A stretch of DNA of 64,000 bases, taken from IMG/VR virus record IMGVR_UViG_3300045135_000898, positions 17,971 to 81,970 of that record, one strand, 5' to 3'. Shown piece by piece: positions 35,697-45,539 of the stretch. Source of the DNA: a virus. The position numbers and the translations under genes are program-made. The stretch's first letter is position 1; each line of letters opens with the position of its first letter. The notes beneath the pieces were generated by a model. That model did no database searches. It saw nothing but the letters and a program-made list of their open reading frames with translations, and had not been told where the DNA came from.

Positions 35697-36631
35697 TTCC
35701 ACTCAGTGTTGGCCATGAGTTCAGTCATACAGGCAACGACGTTAAGTTCAGCATCAGCAACAAACGCTGCTTTATACTGATAGTCAGCAAGAATCAAGAC
35801 AATCTGAGGGACAGACTGTTGTTGAGCCTTATCAGCCATTACATCGTAAATTGAGCGGAAAATAACTTGAGGTTCAACATCAATATTATCAACAACCCAC
35901 TTACGCATTGTCTTGAAGTCTTTTTCCTTCAACGATTTGACCAAAGCATTAATGCTATCCTCAGTCATATCGACCAATGCGCCAGCATCGATCTTACCTG
36001 ATACGGAATAACGCTGTACTTCGTTTAGAACACGACGCCAATCTGGGAAGTGTTTTTCAACAAGCATAGCAAGTGCTTTAGGTTCAAAGTCAACGTTTTC
36101 GGTTTGGAGAATACCGCCTAAACGTTTGAAGAAAGATGCTGCGATCTGTGGCTTCTGTGAAACTGGAATCGCAAACTCATAAACTGAACATCGAGAATGG
36201 AGAGGCTCGATGATACGATTCTTAAAGTTACACGTGAGGATAAAGCGACAGTTATTACTAAACTCCTCAATGAAGCCACGGAGCGCAGGCTGAGTTGACT
36301 GAGGATTAAGGTAATCAGCCTCATCGAGGATAACTACTTTATAACCACCAGTCAGTGAGACTGTAGATGCGAATTGCTTGATCTTCCCACGAAGAGTATC
36401 AATGTTACCTTCTTCAGAACCGTTAATGATGATATAGTCGAGATCAAGCTCATTACATAATGCACGAGCAACAGTGGTCTTACCAACACCGGCAGTACCA
36501 CTAAACATCATATTAGGCAATTCACCGCCTTCTACAATCTTCGAGAAAGTATCCTTTAGCGATTGCGGCAGGATACATTCGTCGATCTTACGTGGACGAT
36601 ACTTTTCGACCCACAGGAATTCATTAGACAT
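35693..36631 (-). CDS. 44: clamp loader ATPase subunit gp44
   Basis: WVEKYRP, GTAGVGKT, ILDEAD, SRC. Confidence 0.97.
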   Translation of the reverse strand: MSNEFLWVEKYRPRKIDECILPQSLKDTFSKIVEGGELPNMMFSGTAGVGKTTVARALCNELDLDYIIINGSEEGNIDTLRGKIKQFASTVSLTGGYKVVILDEADYLNPQSTQPALRGFIEEFSNNCRFILTCNFKNRIIEPLHSRCSVYEFAIPVSQKPQIAASFFKRLGGILQTENVDFEPKALAMLVEKHFPDWRRVLNEVQRYSVSGKIDAGALVDMTEDSINALVKSLKEKDFKTMRKWVVDNIDVEPQVIFRSIYDVMADKAQQQSVPQIVLILADYQYKAAFVADAELNVVACMTELMANTEWK

Positions 36632-36658
36632 TTACAGATTCTCCATTATAAAAAACAT

Positions 36659-36688
36659 ATTATATCACATTCAACCAACAAATGTAAA
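36659..36688 (-). promoter_or_regulatory. early promoter
   Basis: TTTACA-18-TATAAT. Confidence 0.75.
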
Positions 36689-36705
36689 TAGCTAATTTGA
36701 AAAAT

Positions 36706-36781
36706 TGGTGCCGGCACCAAGAGTCGAACTCGGGACATCTTCATTACAAGTGAAGCGCTCTACCTACTGAGCTATACCGGC
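36706..36781 (-). tRNA. tRNA-Thr(UGU)
   Basis: GCCGGTA..AGCTCAG..GG..anticodon loop CTTGTAA..GTTCGA..CCA, 76 nt. Confidence 0.95.
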
Positions 36782-36786
36782 ATAAA

Positions 36787-36910
36787 ACCTCTTACGAGGT
36801 TGGTGCGATCTAATACGTGCCTAGATGCGCATGGCAGGGATGTAAGCTAGTTCCCTGTTTTTGATACACTCATTGACATGGCTTCACTCATAGTTAATCA
36901 ATGTATCGAA
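36787..36910 (-). ncRNA. structured inter-tRNA RNA with two hairpins ending in NCCA
   Basis: CAGGGA..TCCCTG-CCA and GCG(C)ATCTAG..TTAGATCGC-ACCA plus two more hairpins. Confidence 0.45.
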
Positions 36911-36913
36911 ATT

Positions 36914-36989
36914 TGGCTCCTCGACCTGGACTCGAACCAGGGACCAATAGATTAACAGTCTACTGCTCTACCAACTGAGCTATCGAGGA
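36914..36989 (-). tRNA. tRNA-Asn(GUU)
   Basis: TCCTCGA..AGCTCAGTTGG..loop CTGTTAA..GGTTCGA..CCA, 76 nt. Confidence 0.95.
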
Positions 36990-37050
36990 ATAAAGCCTTT
37001 TCGCGGCCAACGATCATTCACTATGTGGGGAATGATACCCAAATTATATA

Positions 37051-37365
37051 TTAACCGAACAATTCTTCGTAGAGACCTTCGATCTCTTCATACTCGGTTT
37101 GTACCTGGGCAAAAGTTTGTTTATGGTACATAGACGCCAACTTCTTGATGTATTTCTTATCTACACCAGTTTCATCGGCAACTTTATCTACAGCTTCTTT
37201 TTGAAAATCACGTTCAGCATCAATACGAGTCATGCTGTTGCTGATTTCGCCAATAGCTTTCGACAGACGTTCTTTATCTTTAGGATTGGTAATCATTTCA
37301 AGTAGTGCTCCAAATTGTTTACGGATTTCTGTACGTACGATATCGTCACGTGCTTCTGTGTTCAT
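37051..37365 (-). CDS. dsbA: DsbA-like dsDNA-binding protein
   Basis: EISNSMTRI.AE.D..KE...K.I.KLA.MYHKQ...E.LYE.LF pattern like T4 DsbA. Confidence 0.65.
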   Translation of the reverse strand: MNTEARDDIVRTEIRKQFGALLEMITNPKDKERLSKAIGEISNSMTRIDAERDFQKEAVDKVADETGVDKKYIKKLASMYHKQTFAQVQTEYEEIEGLYEELFG

Positions 37366-37393
37366 AATAAGGTCCTAAGATAAGTGCCGCGGA

Positions 37394-37633
37394 TTACTCC
37401 GCAGCGGTTTCTTCAGTTTCAGCTTCTTCAGTTTCTTCCTGAGCTGGGGCATTAGCCTGTACGAATGCAGCGATGCGACCACGTACTTGGCCAACAGATT
37501 CCAATTCAGCACCTTCGAATGCACCTCGTTTTGAGCATACATCGATGATTTGAATTACTGCAGCAAGATCGCCAAGGCCAAGGCCGACAGCTTGTTCTTC
37601 GGTTGCAGTTTCAGTTGCAGTGGTATCAGTCAT
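37394..37633 (-). CDS. conserved hypothetical protein
   Basis: DLAAVIQIIDVCSKRGAFEGAEL; AGGAG SD. Confidence 0.75.
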   Translation of the reverse strand: MTDTTATETATEEQAVGLGLGDLAAVIQIIDVCSKRGAFEGAELESVGQVRGRIAAFVQANAPAQEETEEAETEETAAE

Positions 37634-37634
37634 A

Positions 37635-38309
37635 TCATTCTCCTGTAGTTGATGACTTTTCAAGGGCGATGAAGTATTCAGTTCCATCTTCGTTAGTGAA
37701 TCGGGAGATTAGCTTCGAAGAAATATCAACGTTGTAATCACCTGATGTCAGTTTAAAATTAGCAATTGTAAATACATATTTGAAACCTGATGTTTCAGAT
37801 GTACCTGCCTGTAGTTCAATCTTGAACGAGTTAGCAGTTGAGTTTTTAGTGTCAGTAACAATACCAACAAGTTGTCCATCTTCTTCAGTGATAACCAACT
37901 CTGATACACCAAGAGCAGATGCCGCTTTACGAATAGAAGCAAGATCTTCGGAAGTAAGAGTAAAGTTAACATCAACTGCCGGCATATTTATATCCTTACC
38001 TGGAGTAGTGAGGATTTCCGGATCAGAGAAGAAGTAACGAACTGAACTGCGACCTTCGCGTACAGTTACGCTGTTCATATCAGGTGCAAAGTCAAGATCT
38101 GGGTCATTAAACATACCGTACACCGATAGGAATTCGCCAAGATCGTAAATACCAAATGTACCTTCGAATGTTTCAGCGACTTCAGCTTTAGCTAGAACGT
38201 TCTTAGCTTCAGCCATTGTACGAAGTACGTTACCTTCTTGGATAACGATGTTTGAGTTGATGGTCGCAAAGTTCTTAAGCAGATTGACCGTATCAGCAGA
38301 AAGTTTCAT
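37635..38309 (-). CDS. 45: sliding clamp gp45
   Basis: MKLSADTVNLLKNFATINSNI, FGIYDLGEFL, YFIALE. Confidence 0.96.
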   Translation of the reverse strand: MKLSADTVNLLKNFATINSNIVIQEGNVLRTMAEAKNVLAKAEVAETFEGTFGIYDLGEFLSVYGMFNDPDLDFAPDMNSVTVREGRSSVRYFFSDPEILTTPGKDINMPAVDVNFTLTSEDLASIRKAASALGVSELVITEEDGQLVGIVTDTKNSTANSFKIELQAGTSETSGFKYVFTIANFKLTSGDYNVDISSKLISRFTNEDGTEYFIALEKSSTTGE

Positions 38310-38345
38310 AGTGTAGTTCACCTTTTTTCATTAGACAGTAGAGCT

Positions 38346-38374
38346 ATTATACAACAGTTTAAACCAAATGTAAA
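38346..38374 (-). promoter_or_regulatory. early promoter
   Basis: TTTACA-17-TATAAT. Confidence 0.85.
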
Positions 38375-38377
38375 TAG

Positions 38378-38665
38378 CTAGCAAGGATTAAATGGGCCTT
38401 TTAATCGTTCTTGTTGAATTCTATATATAAGCAGATATCCAAGCAAGTCAAGAATAACATCTTCGCCTGCATTGTCTCCACGTTTCAGTCGACTGAGCTT
38501 GTCGTCAATACGAACGTTCAATTGCTCAAGTGCGTCTGACTTTGAAAAGATACGTACAGGGTCCAATGCCGAATCACCGTACGCTTCATTCTTTTTCGTT
38601 AGCAAATTTTCGATTTCAAATAAGACCGAAGCCAATTCACTTTTAAACTTTTCTTGATTATCCAT
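38378..38665 (-). CDS. nucleotide-modification-associated domain protein (DUF1599/Nmad1-like)
   Basis: KKNEAYGDS...VRIDDKLSRL...EDVILDLLGY. Confidence 0.75.
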   Translation of the reverse strand: MDNQEKFKSELASVLFEIENLLTKKNEAYGDSALDPVRIFSKSDALEQLNVRIDDKLSRLKRGDNAGEDVILDLLGYLLIYRIQQERLKGPFNPC

Positions 38666-38675
38666 TATATCTCCA

Positions 38676-39836
38676 TTAGTTAAATGCAGCAGAGATGGCG
38701 TCATCGATCGCTGATTCGCGGTCCATGATTTCGCCTTCAACTTCGGTGGTACCTAGGCTGCCATCTACTTTACTATATAAGTCAAGGAATGCTTCCTTAA
38801 CATCGGCGTCGAAACGATTCACACAAAGTTCAACAGCTTTCTTACGATCTTCGAAGATGCTGTACGTCTGTGCGATGTGACATAGACGGCGTGTCGAGAT
38901 TACCTCGTCCACACCACCATCATCGTAGGTCTTACGGATAGTTTCAGACCAAATTGCCAACAACTCTGCAAATTCGTTATCAGTAGCATTAAATTTATCA
39001 AGATGCTTATTGATAATCTTACGCTCAGTTGCAAGAGTTGGATAAGGCTGTTCCATTGTAATGGTAAAACGCTCTAGGAACGCCTCATCGATGATGGTAG
39101 CCGCGATAAAGCGACCGTCTTCAGAGCCACGACCTTTTGTGTTCGCAGTAGCGACCACGTTGAAACCTGGAGCAGGAGTAACCACTTCACCAGTTTTCTT
39201 AATCATTACCGGCTTACCTTCGAGGACGCCCTGCAAGGCCATGATCTTGTTGGAGCCACGATCGATCTCGTCAATTAGAAGCAAAGCACCAGCTTCCATG
39301 GCTTTCACAACAGGACCTTTAGCAAAAACTGTCTCACCTTTAATGAGACGGAAACCGCCTAGCAGGTCGTCCTCGTCGGTCTCAGGAGTAATCTGAACTC
39401 GAACGTACTCACGATTAAGTTTAGCACAAGCTTGCTCAACCATCGTGGTTTTACCGTTACCGCTCAATCCTGAGATGTAAGTCGGATAAAATTGTTTTGA
39501 TCCTACGATCATTTCGATGTCTTTAGAGTTACCCCATGCGACGTAACAGTCATCTTTAGAGGGAACATACACATCTTCGTTCATAACTGATTGTACAGCG
39601 GAAGCCAATGGTTTCTTCTCCTCGGTAATAGGGTTATCTTGACGGAATGCAACTACCGCACCGGCCATGTCATAAACACCACGACGAACCGATGGGAACT
39701 GCTTAACATATTTATAAGCCTCGGCATTACGCATACCGAGAGATTTTGTAACTTCAAGTACATGGCGAGGAGCGAATTCAGTCTGATCCACGAAGCGAGC
39801 CGCGAGTTCAGCAGTGATACGATCAAATGTAGACAT
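38676..39836 (-). CDS. MoxR/CobS-like AAA+ ATPase
   Basis: GLSGNGKT, TDEDDLLGG, LLIDEID, ATANTKG, LERF, ISTRRL. Confidence 0.92.
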   Translation of the reverse strand: MSTFDRITAELAARFVDQTEFAPRHVLEVTKSLGMRNAEAYKYVKQFPSVRRGVYDMAGAVVAFRQDNPITEEKKPLASAVQSVMNEDVYVPSKDDCYVAWGNSKDIEMIVGSKQFYPTYISGLSGNGKTTMVEQACAKLNREYVRVQITPETDEDDLLGGFRLIKGETVFAKGPVVKAMEAGALLLIDEIDRGSNKIMALQGVLEGKPVMIKKTGEVVTPAPGFNVVATANTKGRGSEDGRFIAATIIDEAFLERFTITMEQPYPTLATERKIINKHLDKFNATDNEFAELLAIWSETIRKTYDDGGVDEVISTRRLCHIAQTYSIFEDRKKAVELCVNRFDADVKEAFLDLYSKVDGSLGTTEVEGEIMDRESAIDDAISAAFN

Positions 39837-39870
39837 AATGTAATCCTCAGTTTTTCAAATTGATAGGGCT

Positions 39871-39899
39871 ATTATACCCCATCTCAATCATAATGTAAA
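39871..39899 (-). promoter_or_regulatory. early promoter
   Basis: TTTACA-17-TATAAT. Confidence 0.85.
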
Positions 39900-39938
39900 T
39901 AGTTTTGTTAGAATAATTTGTTCTAACAGAGAAGGTTT

Positions 39939-40160
39939 TTATACCTCCTCGATGAAGTCCTCGGCAGGAGTATAACCAAGTTGTTCAGTAAGTTCGGTGA
40001 TGTAATGAATGTTATCAGAAGAAAAGCGGTAAAGAGGATTGCCGCCGCCTGGGCCAAATTCTTTAATAAGTTCAGCGATACAGCCGTGATCTTCAGCGAA
40101 TTGTTTTACAGCAGAAAAAGAAGTTTCAGCAGTAATGTCAAGATAAGCAGTGTAAGTCAT
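39939..40160 (-). CDS. hypothetical early protein (GPGGGNP motif)
   Basis: AAGGA SD, own promoter. Confidence 0.7.
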   Translation of the reverse strand: MTYTAYLDITAETSFSAVKQFAEDHGCIAELIKEFGPGGGNPLYRFSSDNIHYITELTEQLGYTPAEDFIEEV

Positions 40161-40191
40161 GTGCGATTCCTTTTGTTTAATTGATGGAGCT

Positions 40192-40220
40192 ATTATACCC
40201 CACCATCTGCTACTTGTAAA
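40192..40220 (-). promoter_or_regulatory. early promoter
   Basis: TTTACA-17-TATAAT. Confidence 0.85.
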
Positions 40221-40261
40221 CATTTTTTTTCACCTTTTTAGAACTTTGAGGAATAACCTTA

Positions 40262-42385
40262 TTACGCTACGGCCTGAGCAAATTGTACGGCCATTGCGCG
40301 GTTACCTTTTTTCGATTTAGCGAACTTCTTGAATGCTCGAGCGATATCGCCTTTCTTAGCATTATCCTTGACATCAAACTCATCGTCAATAGCATCCTGA
40401 CGACCGTCAAGAACGAAGTAAGTATCATAGCCGATGGCACCAACCTGGGCAACCTTCTTATCACGAAGTTCTTTACGGATTTCAGAGTATTCATTGTAAA
40501 AGCGGTGGCGAATATCACGAAGGTTATTAATGATAAAGTAACCTACAATGTTAATACCACTCTTACGCATACACTCAAGAATTTCCTTAGTACCTGCAGA
40601 ACGGCTATGACGCTTGATTTTAACATTTTTGTTATTCATACGAAGAATGATATCGTTGTAGCCATAACTGCCATTACCAACAACGTCCAACCAACCGCCT
40701 TCACCATCCGTAATTGTAACTAGGTTGATCTTCTGAACTGCATTCTTACCTTTAAACTCTTTAATAAGTTCATTCATAATGATAAGAGTTTCATTCAGAG
40801 GAGTACCACCAAGCGCGTCGATATCCGACATGAATGGCATTGACCAACGATCACGGCTATAAGCAACGTACAAAGATTGGGCTGCTGCTGTGAAATCAGT
40901 CTTGTTCATAGTAGAAGATAACTGCTGTACAAGATTCAGTGAACTACAGTTAATTTCACCGTCTTTCTGATTCAGATTTTCGTGTTGGTTTTTCCATGAA
41001 TTAGTCGTAAATGAGTAAATCTCAAATGGGATACCAACTTTACGACAGAACATAGCAAGAACGATTGCTTGGTCGATAACATTACGAAGTACGTCTTGCA
41101 TAGAACCGCTGAAGTCAATTACAGCAACCAAGCCGTGGTTCTTAGCATCAGCAAGTGTAGTTGAACGAAGGAACAAATCATCATTGAACTTGTATGAATG
41201 TAGTTTAGTTACGTCAAGTGAACCTGATTTTGAAGTTTTAGCACGAGCATGTTGGAATGCAGCTTTACGCATTTCAAACTCTTTAGCCATAGTGTTAACG
41301 GTTTTCTTAGATTCATCCATGAAATTGTTAAACTCGTTAACGGCTTCTTCATACTGATTAGCAACATAGCGATCCGTTGCGATAACCGAAGAAACGTGTT
41401 CACGTCGCATAGCTACCGCTTCTTTAGCAGGAACCAATACGTTTTTGATAGTTTCTTTTGAAATACCAATAGTAACAGTAGGTAGATCACCACGTCCGTT
41501 TGTTTCAAGCAGCTCTTCTTCTTTTTCACGGAAAGCGTTATCAGTCATAACTTCATCGATATTGCCATCTTGACCAGCCGATTTAATTGGCTCTGACTTA
41601 GATTCTTCTTTTACTTCATCATTATTATCAGCAGGAGCTGTATCTTTTCCAAAATCTTCAGACTTATTTTCTGAACCTTCGTCTTGTTTGGAGTTGCTCT
41701 CAGCTTTGCTGCTTTCATCCTGACTTTCGTCGTTAGATTCAACTTCAACTTCAGTGTCTCCACTTGAAGGTGTAAAATCATCGTCATCACCCGATTCTTG
41801 AACCGACGGAGCTTCTCCTGGGTTACAACATTCATCTTTCTTTTTCTCCTTCAACCATTCGTAGATAGTTGCACAAGCTTCAAGTACTTCTTCAAATGTG
41901 GTAGGACTTGTAGCAATTTTTACGTAATCAAGCTCTTCAGCTGTAAATGGAACATCCATAAGATCACGAGCTTTAGCTTTAATGTTAAGACGATCCATGA
42001 AACCTAGAGATTCCATAGGACGATCAGCTGTACCAAAGAAATCACGTTCGATCAATTCCATGTAACCACGCTTAAATGAACCTTTTAGCCCAGGGTATTT
42101 AGCCTGCACCAAACGTTCAATACGGATATCTTCAATGATATTGATATATGAGCGAGGGAAGTCGTATGACTTGTCAGATTCGTGCCATCCTTCAGAAGGC
42201 GTATAAAGGGCGTGGCCTACCTCATGTCCTGTAAGTAGGTCTTCAAGGTCTTTGCCGATTTCCTTCCAAATCGGCATGTATAGTACACGATTTACGACAT
42301 CGAATGCTGCCGTACGAGTACCTTTGTATACTACATCTATATTTTCAGTGGCAAGTAGTTTGGCTAATACAGAAGTACGAGACAT
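40262..42385 (-). CDS. metallopeptidase-like plus VWA domain protein (CobT-like)
   Basis: HEVGH, EDIRIE, acidic linker, MIDAS DFSGSM, GGTPL, ITDGE. Confidence 0.88.
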   Translation of the reverse strand: MSRTSVLAKLLATENIDVVYKGTRTAAFDVVNRVLYMPIWKEIGKDLEDLLTGHEVGHALYTPSEGWHESDKSYDFPRSYINIIEDIRIERLVQAKYPGLKGSFKRGYMELIERDFFGTADRPMESLGFMDRLNIKAKARDLMDVPFTAEELDYVKIATSPTTFEEVLEACATIYEWLKEKKKDECCNPGEAPSVQESGDDDDFTPSSGDTEVEVESNDESQDESSKAESNSKQDEGSENKSEDFGKDTAPADNNDEVKEESKSEPIKSAGQDGNIDEVMTDNAFREKEEELLETNGRGDLPTVTIGISKETIKNVLVPAKEAVAMRREHVSSVIATDRYVANQYEEAVNEFNNFMDESKKTVNTMAKEFEMRKAAFQHARAKTSKSGSLDVTKLHSYKFNDDLFLRSTTLADAKNHGLVAVIDFSGSMQDVLRNVIDQAIVLAMFCRKVGIPFEIYSFTTNSWKNQHENLNQKDGEINCSSLNLVQQLSSTMNKTDFTAAAQSLYVAYSRDRWSMPFMSDIDALGGTPLNETLIIMNELIKEFKGKNAVQKINLVTITDGEGGWLDVVGNGSYGYNDIILRMNNKNVKIKRHSRSAGTKEILECMRKSGINIVGYFIINNLRDIRHRFYNEYSEIRKELRDKKVAQVGAIGYDTYFVLDGRQDAIDDEFDVKDNAKKGDIARAFKKFAKSKKGNRAMAVQFAQAVA

Positions 42386-42410
42386 ATGATTTCCTCCATT
42401 TGATAGAGCT

Positions 42411-42439
42411 ATTATATCTATAGTTTCGCCTTCTGTATA
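42411..42439 (-). promoter_or_regulatory. early promoter
   Basis: TATACA-17-TATAAT. Confidence 0.75.
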
Positions 42440-42496
42440 TAGCCAGAGTGAAAAAAGTTAGAATATTTAGGAATATCCTTAGAACTTTCAGGAATA

Positions 42497-44215
42497 TCAG
42501 GCTGACATAACGCTAAAATTATGTTCCTTCTTGAACTCGATTTTTGATCTAAACTTACCTTCAAGTAGGTCGCCTTTGTGAGAAATAACAAACACGTTAC
42601 TATCATCACCAAAGGTGCTAAGAATCTTTAGAAGGTTATCAACACCATCATGGTCTAGACTTGAGTCGAATGTTTCATCAAGAATCAGTAAGTTCGTATT
42701 GGTTGAGTTTTTCATACGAGCAATCTGACGCCATGCAAACAAAAGACTAAGGTCAATACGCTGCTTTTCGCCTTCAGAAAAAGAAGCATAGTTAAAAGCA
42801 TCGCGATGACGAGACTTGATTGTTTCATTGAAGTTTTCATCAAGATGGAATGCCACGAAGAAATCCATAACCTGAAGATACTGATTGATCAACTTGTTCA
42901 TTACAGGCAAGTATTCTTTAATGATCTTAGTCTTAATGCCAGTATCTTTTAGCATTTCAGATGCAGCATCATTATAGGCACGGTCTTCAAGTAATGCAAG
43001 TTTCTTTTCAGTAAGTGTATCACGATCTTCCATCATCGCAGTCAAATCTTCCGATGCTTTCTTGGCATCACCTGTAGTCGAAGATAAATTAGAAATGTCG
43101 GATTCAATTTCAACGATTTCAGATTGGATGCGAGCAATGTCTCGGTTATTCGCATTCATATCATTCTGCGTATCTTTTAGCTTTTGGTTATGTTCTTCAA
43201 GATCGCCGACTTTAGCGCCAATTTCATTCAATTCAATACGTGCTTTATCCATAACCTCAGACAGATCTTTAGCACGAGTCTTAGAGTCGGTGAGACGCTC
43301 TTCTTTTAGCTCTTCAGTCAATTCTTGATGACAAGTTGGACAATGATCGTTATCTTCAAAGAATTTAGCTTCTTCAGCAATCATACGCATCTTTTGTTTA
43401 AACTGACCGTTATACTCAACCATCTTATTATATTTTCGTTGAGTGATACGCAGGTTTTGGAGTACGTCTTCTTGATGCTGTTCAAGATAACTTGAAAGAT
43501 CGATGTTTTGCTGCTGCAGCTCAAGGATCGTTGCTTGCAACTCGTCAATCTTAGCTGTCTTTTGACGTACTTGCTCTTCATTCAAATCAGTAATGTCTTT
43601 AAGGTACTTGCGTTGAATACCAATCTTTTCTTTAATTACATCGATTTGATATGTTGCATCAGTAATCTGTTCTTTAAGCTTGGCTGCCTTTTCCCTAAGA
43701 ACTTGGTTCATTTTTGAAAAAATACCAATGTCAAGTAGATCCTCAATTACAGCACGACGAGTATGCGCAGGTAGTTGCATAAATGGAATAAAAGATGAAC
43801 TACCAAGAACCACGATCTGATGGAATGACTTATGATTAAGCTTCAGGATATTCTGCTCAAGGTACTTTTGGTAATCCTTTGCCGCAGCTGATTGGTTAAT
43901 CATATTACCATTCTGATAAATCTCAAATTTGTTTGGCTTCATACCACGAACAACTTTGAACTGATGGCTACCAATTTCAAATTCGACTTCAACAACACTT
44001 TGTTTGTTATTAATTGAGTTGACAAGCTGAGGTTTGTTAACTGCACGGTGTGGTTTACCAAACAAAGCAAATGACAGCGCATCAAGCATTGTCGATTTAC
44101 CTGCTCCGTTATGTCCAACAATAAGAGTAGTTGGTGAACGATCTAACTGGATTTCAGTGAACTTGTTACCAGTACTTAGGAAGTTCTTATAGCGAAGATG
44201 ACGAAATGTAATCAT
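42497..44215 (-). CDS. 46: recombination nuclease subunit gp46 (Rad50/SbcC-like)
   Basis: GHNGAGKS, CPTC zinc hook, FSEGE, LILDE. Confidence 0.97.
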   Translation of the reverse strand: MITFRHLRYKNFLSTGNKFTEIQLDRSPTTLIVGHNGAGKSTMLDALSFALFGKPHRAVNKPQLVNSINNKQSVVEVEFEIGSHQFKVVRGMKPNKFEIYQNGNMINQSAAAKDYQKYLEQNILKLNHKSFHQIVVLGSSSFIPFMQLPAHTRRAVIEDLLDIGIFSKMNQVLREKAAKLKEQITDATYQIDVIKEKIGIQRKYLKDITDLNEEQVRQKTAKIDELQATILELQQQNIDLSSYLEQHQEDVLQNLRITQRKYNKMVEYNGQFKQKMRMIAEEAKFFEDNDHCPTCHQELTEELKEERLTDSKTRAKDLSEVMDKARIELNEIGAKVGDLEEHNQKLKDTQNDMNANNRDIARIQSEIVEIESDISNLSSTTGDAKKASEDLTAMMEDRDTLTEKKLALLEDRAYNDAASEMLKDTGIKTKIIKEYLPVMNKLINQYLQVMDFFVAFHLDENFNETIKSRHRDAFNYASFSEGEKQRIDLSLLFAWRQIARMKNSTNTNLLILDETFDSSLDHDGVDNLLKILSTFGDDSNVFVISHKGDLLEGKFRSKIEFKKEHNFSVMSA

Positions 44216-44478
44216 TAGCACTTCCTCAATACATTAAGCTCGGCCGTTACACGATAACGCATACGCTCGTAATCGCGCTCTTTGTTAATGATTACCACTT
44301 TCTGATCAATAAGCATTTTGGCCAATTCATGAACCATTTTATCTCTAAGCATGGCACCAGCATCACCAGCACCCATATGTGCTAATTCAATATCATTAAT
44401 CCATACGTCTGTCGCAAACCCGTCGCATTCCCACAGGCCATTACGATATTCAATTTTCGATCCAGGTTTAAAACTCAT
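44215..44478 (-). CDS. hypothetical protein
   Basis: ORF between 47 and 46. Confidence 0.6.
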   Translation of the reverse strand: MSFKPGSKIEYRNGLWECDGFATDVWINDIELAHMGAGDAGAMLRDKMVHELAKMLIDQKVVIINKERDYERMRYRVTAELNVLRKC

Positions 44479-45539
44479 TATGCAATCTCCATATTTGACG
44501 CTTCAGTAAATAACGTACGCATTAGTACTTTCATCTTATCTTTATCAAGGTCAGTCTCAACAGCCTCAACGTAAGAATCAAGCAACGATGGCGTATCCTC
44601 TACCGAGATACTTTCATCTTCAACGTTTTCGCCCAAGAACTCAGAAAAAGTTTCAGCAATTTTCAATTCATGAGTATCAACATTTTGTAAGCGGTCAATA
44701 AACTTATCAAAAGAATACGGATCCGACTTCTTAACAACAACCACCTTAACGAATTTGTCTTTAACTGATTCAACGTCGTATGTACTATAATCGTTTTCTT
44801 CGTCGTTGTAAACAATCTTTTCAAACATAGTGATTGGATTGCGTACAGGAGTCAATTCACGTGTTTCAGTATCAAAAACATGGAAGTACTTAGGGTCGTC
44901 AGCATCAGCCCAGGTAAATTCCATTTGAGATCCAAGGTAGCGAATGTTGCCTTCTTCAGATGCAGTGTGGAAATGACCTGACCAAACATGCTCAAATCTT
45001 GATAGTACGCTTGCATCCATGCCGTGCATGTTCTTAACGCCTTTCATAAGATCAAACCCAGCAAGCTCAAAGTGGCCACCAAGAATTGACGCCTTACAGT
45101 TTTTAAGGAACTTCATGGAGTCGGTATAGTTCTCATTATTGATCCAAGGAATAAGAGCAATTGAACAACCATCGTAATCCATTACTCGTGGTTCCATAAT
45201 AATGTTAACATTGCCTGTGTAATAACCAAGTAGCTCTTTAAGCGAACATAAATCATTAGTGTTTTTGTAAAATACGTCATGGTTACCTGGGATAATATCC
45301 ATGGTAATACCTTCACGTTTTAGTACGTCAAGAAACACTTTACGGTTATGGTTCAATGCTTTAAAGTTTACATATTTACGATGTTCATAATAATCGCCCA
45401 GGTGGATAATGGTTTTGATACCATGTTCCTTTAGGTATGGAAAGAAGACATCCGAATAAAACGCCTCCTGATAGTTCATAAACACTTCAGAGCTGTTACG
45501 TGCTCCACAGTGAGTATCATTCAAAATCGCAATTTTCAT
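44478..45539 (-). CDS. 47: recombination nuclease subunit gp47 (Mre11-like)
   Basis: DTHCG, HLGD, GNHD, SGHFH. Confidence 0.97.
   Translation of the reverse strand: MKIAILNDTHCGARNSSEVFMNYQEAFYSDVFFPYLKEHGIKTIIHLGDYYEHRKYVNFKALNHNRKVFLDVLKREGITMDIIPGNHDVFYKNTNDLCSLKELLGYYTGNVNIIMEPRVMDYDGCSIALIPWINNENYTDSMKFLKNCKASILGGHFELAGFDLMKGVKNMHGMDASVLSRFEHVWSGHFHTASEEGNIRYLGSQMEFTWADADDPKYFHVFDTETRELTPVRNPITMFEKIVYNDEENDYSTYDVESVKDKFVKVVVVKKSDPYSFDKFIDRLQNVDTHELKIAETFSEFLGENVEDESISVEDTPSLLDSYVEAVETDLDKDKMKVLMRTLFTEASNMEIA

Noticed and set aside
38676-42385. Cobalamin biosynthesis (cobS/cobT) as auxiliary metabolism
   Set aside because: No cobN or other cob genes; generic MoxR/VWA pair
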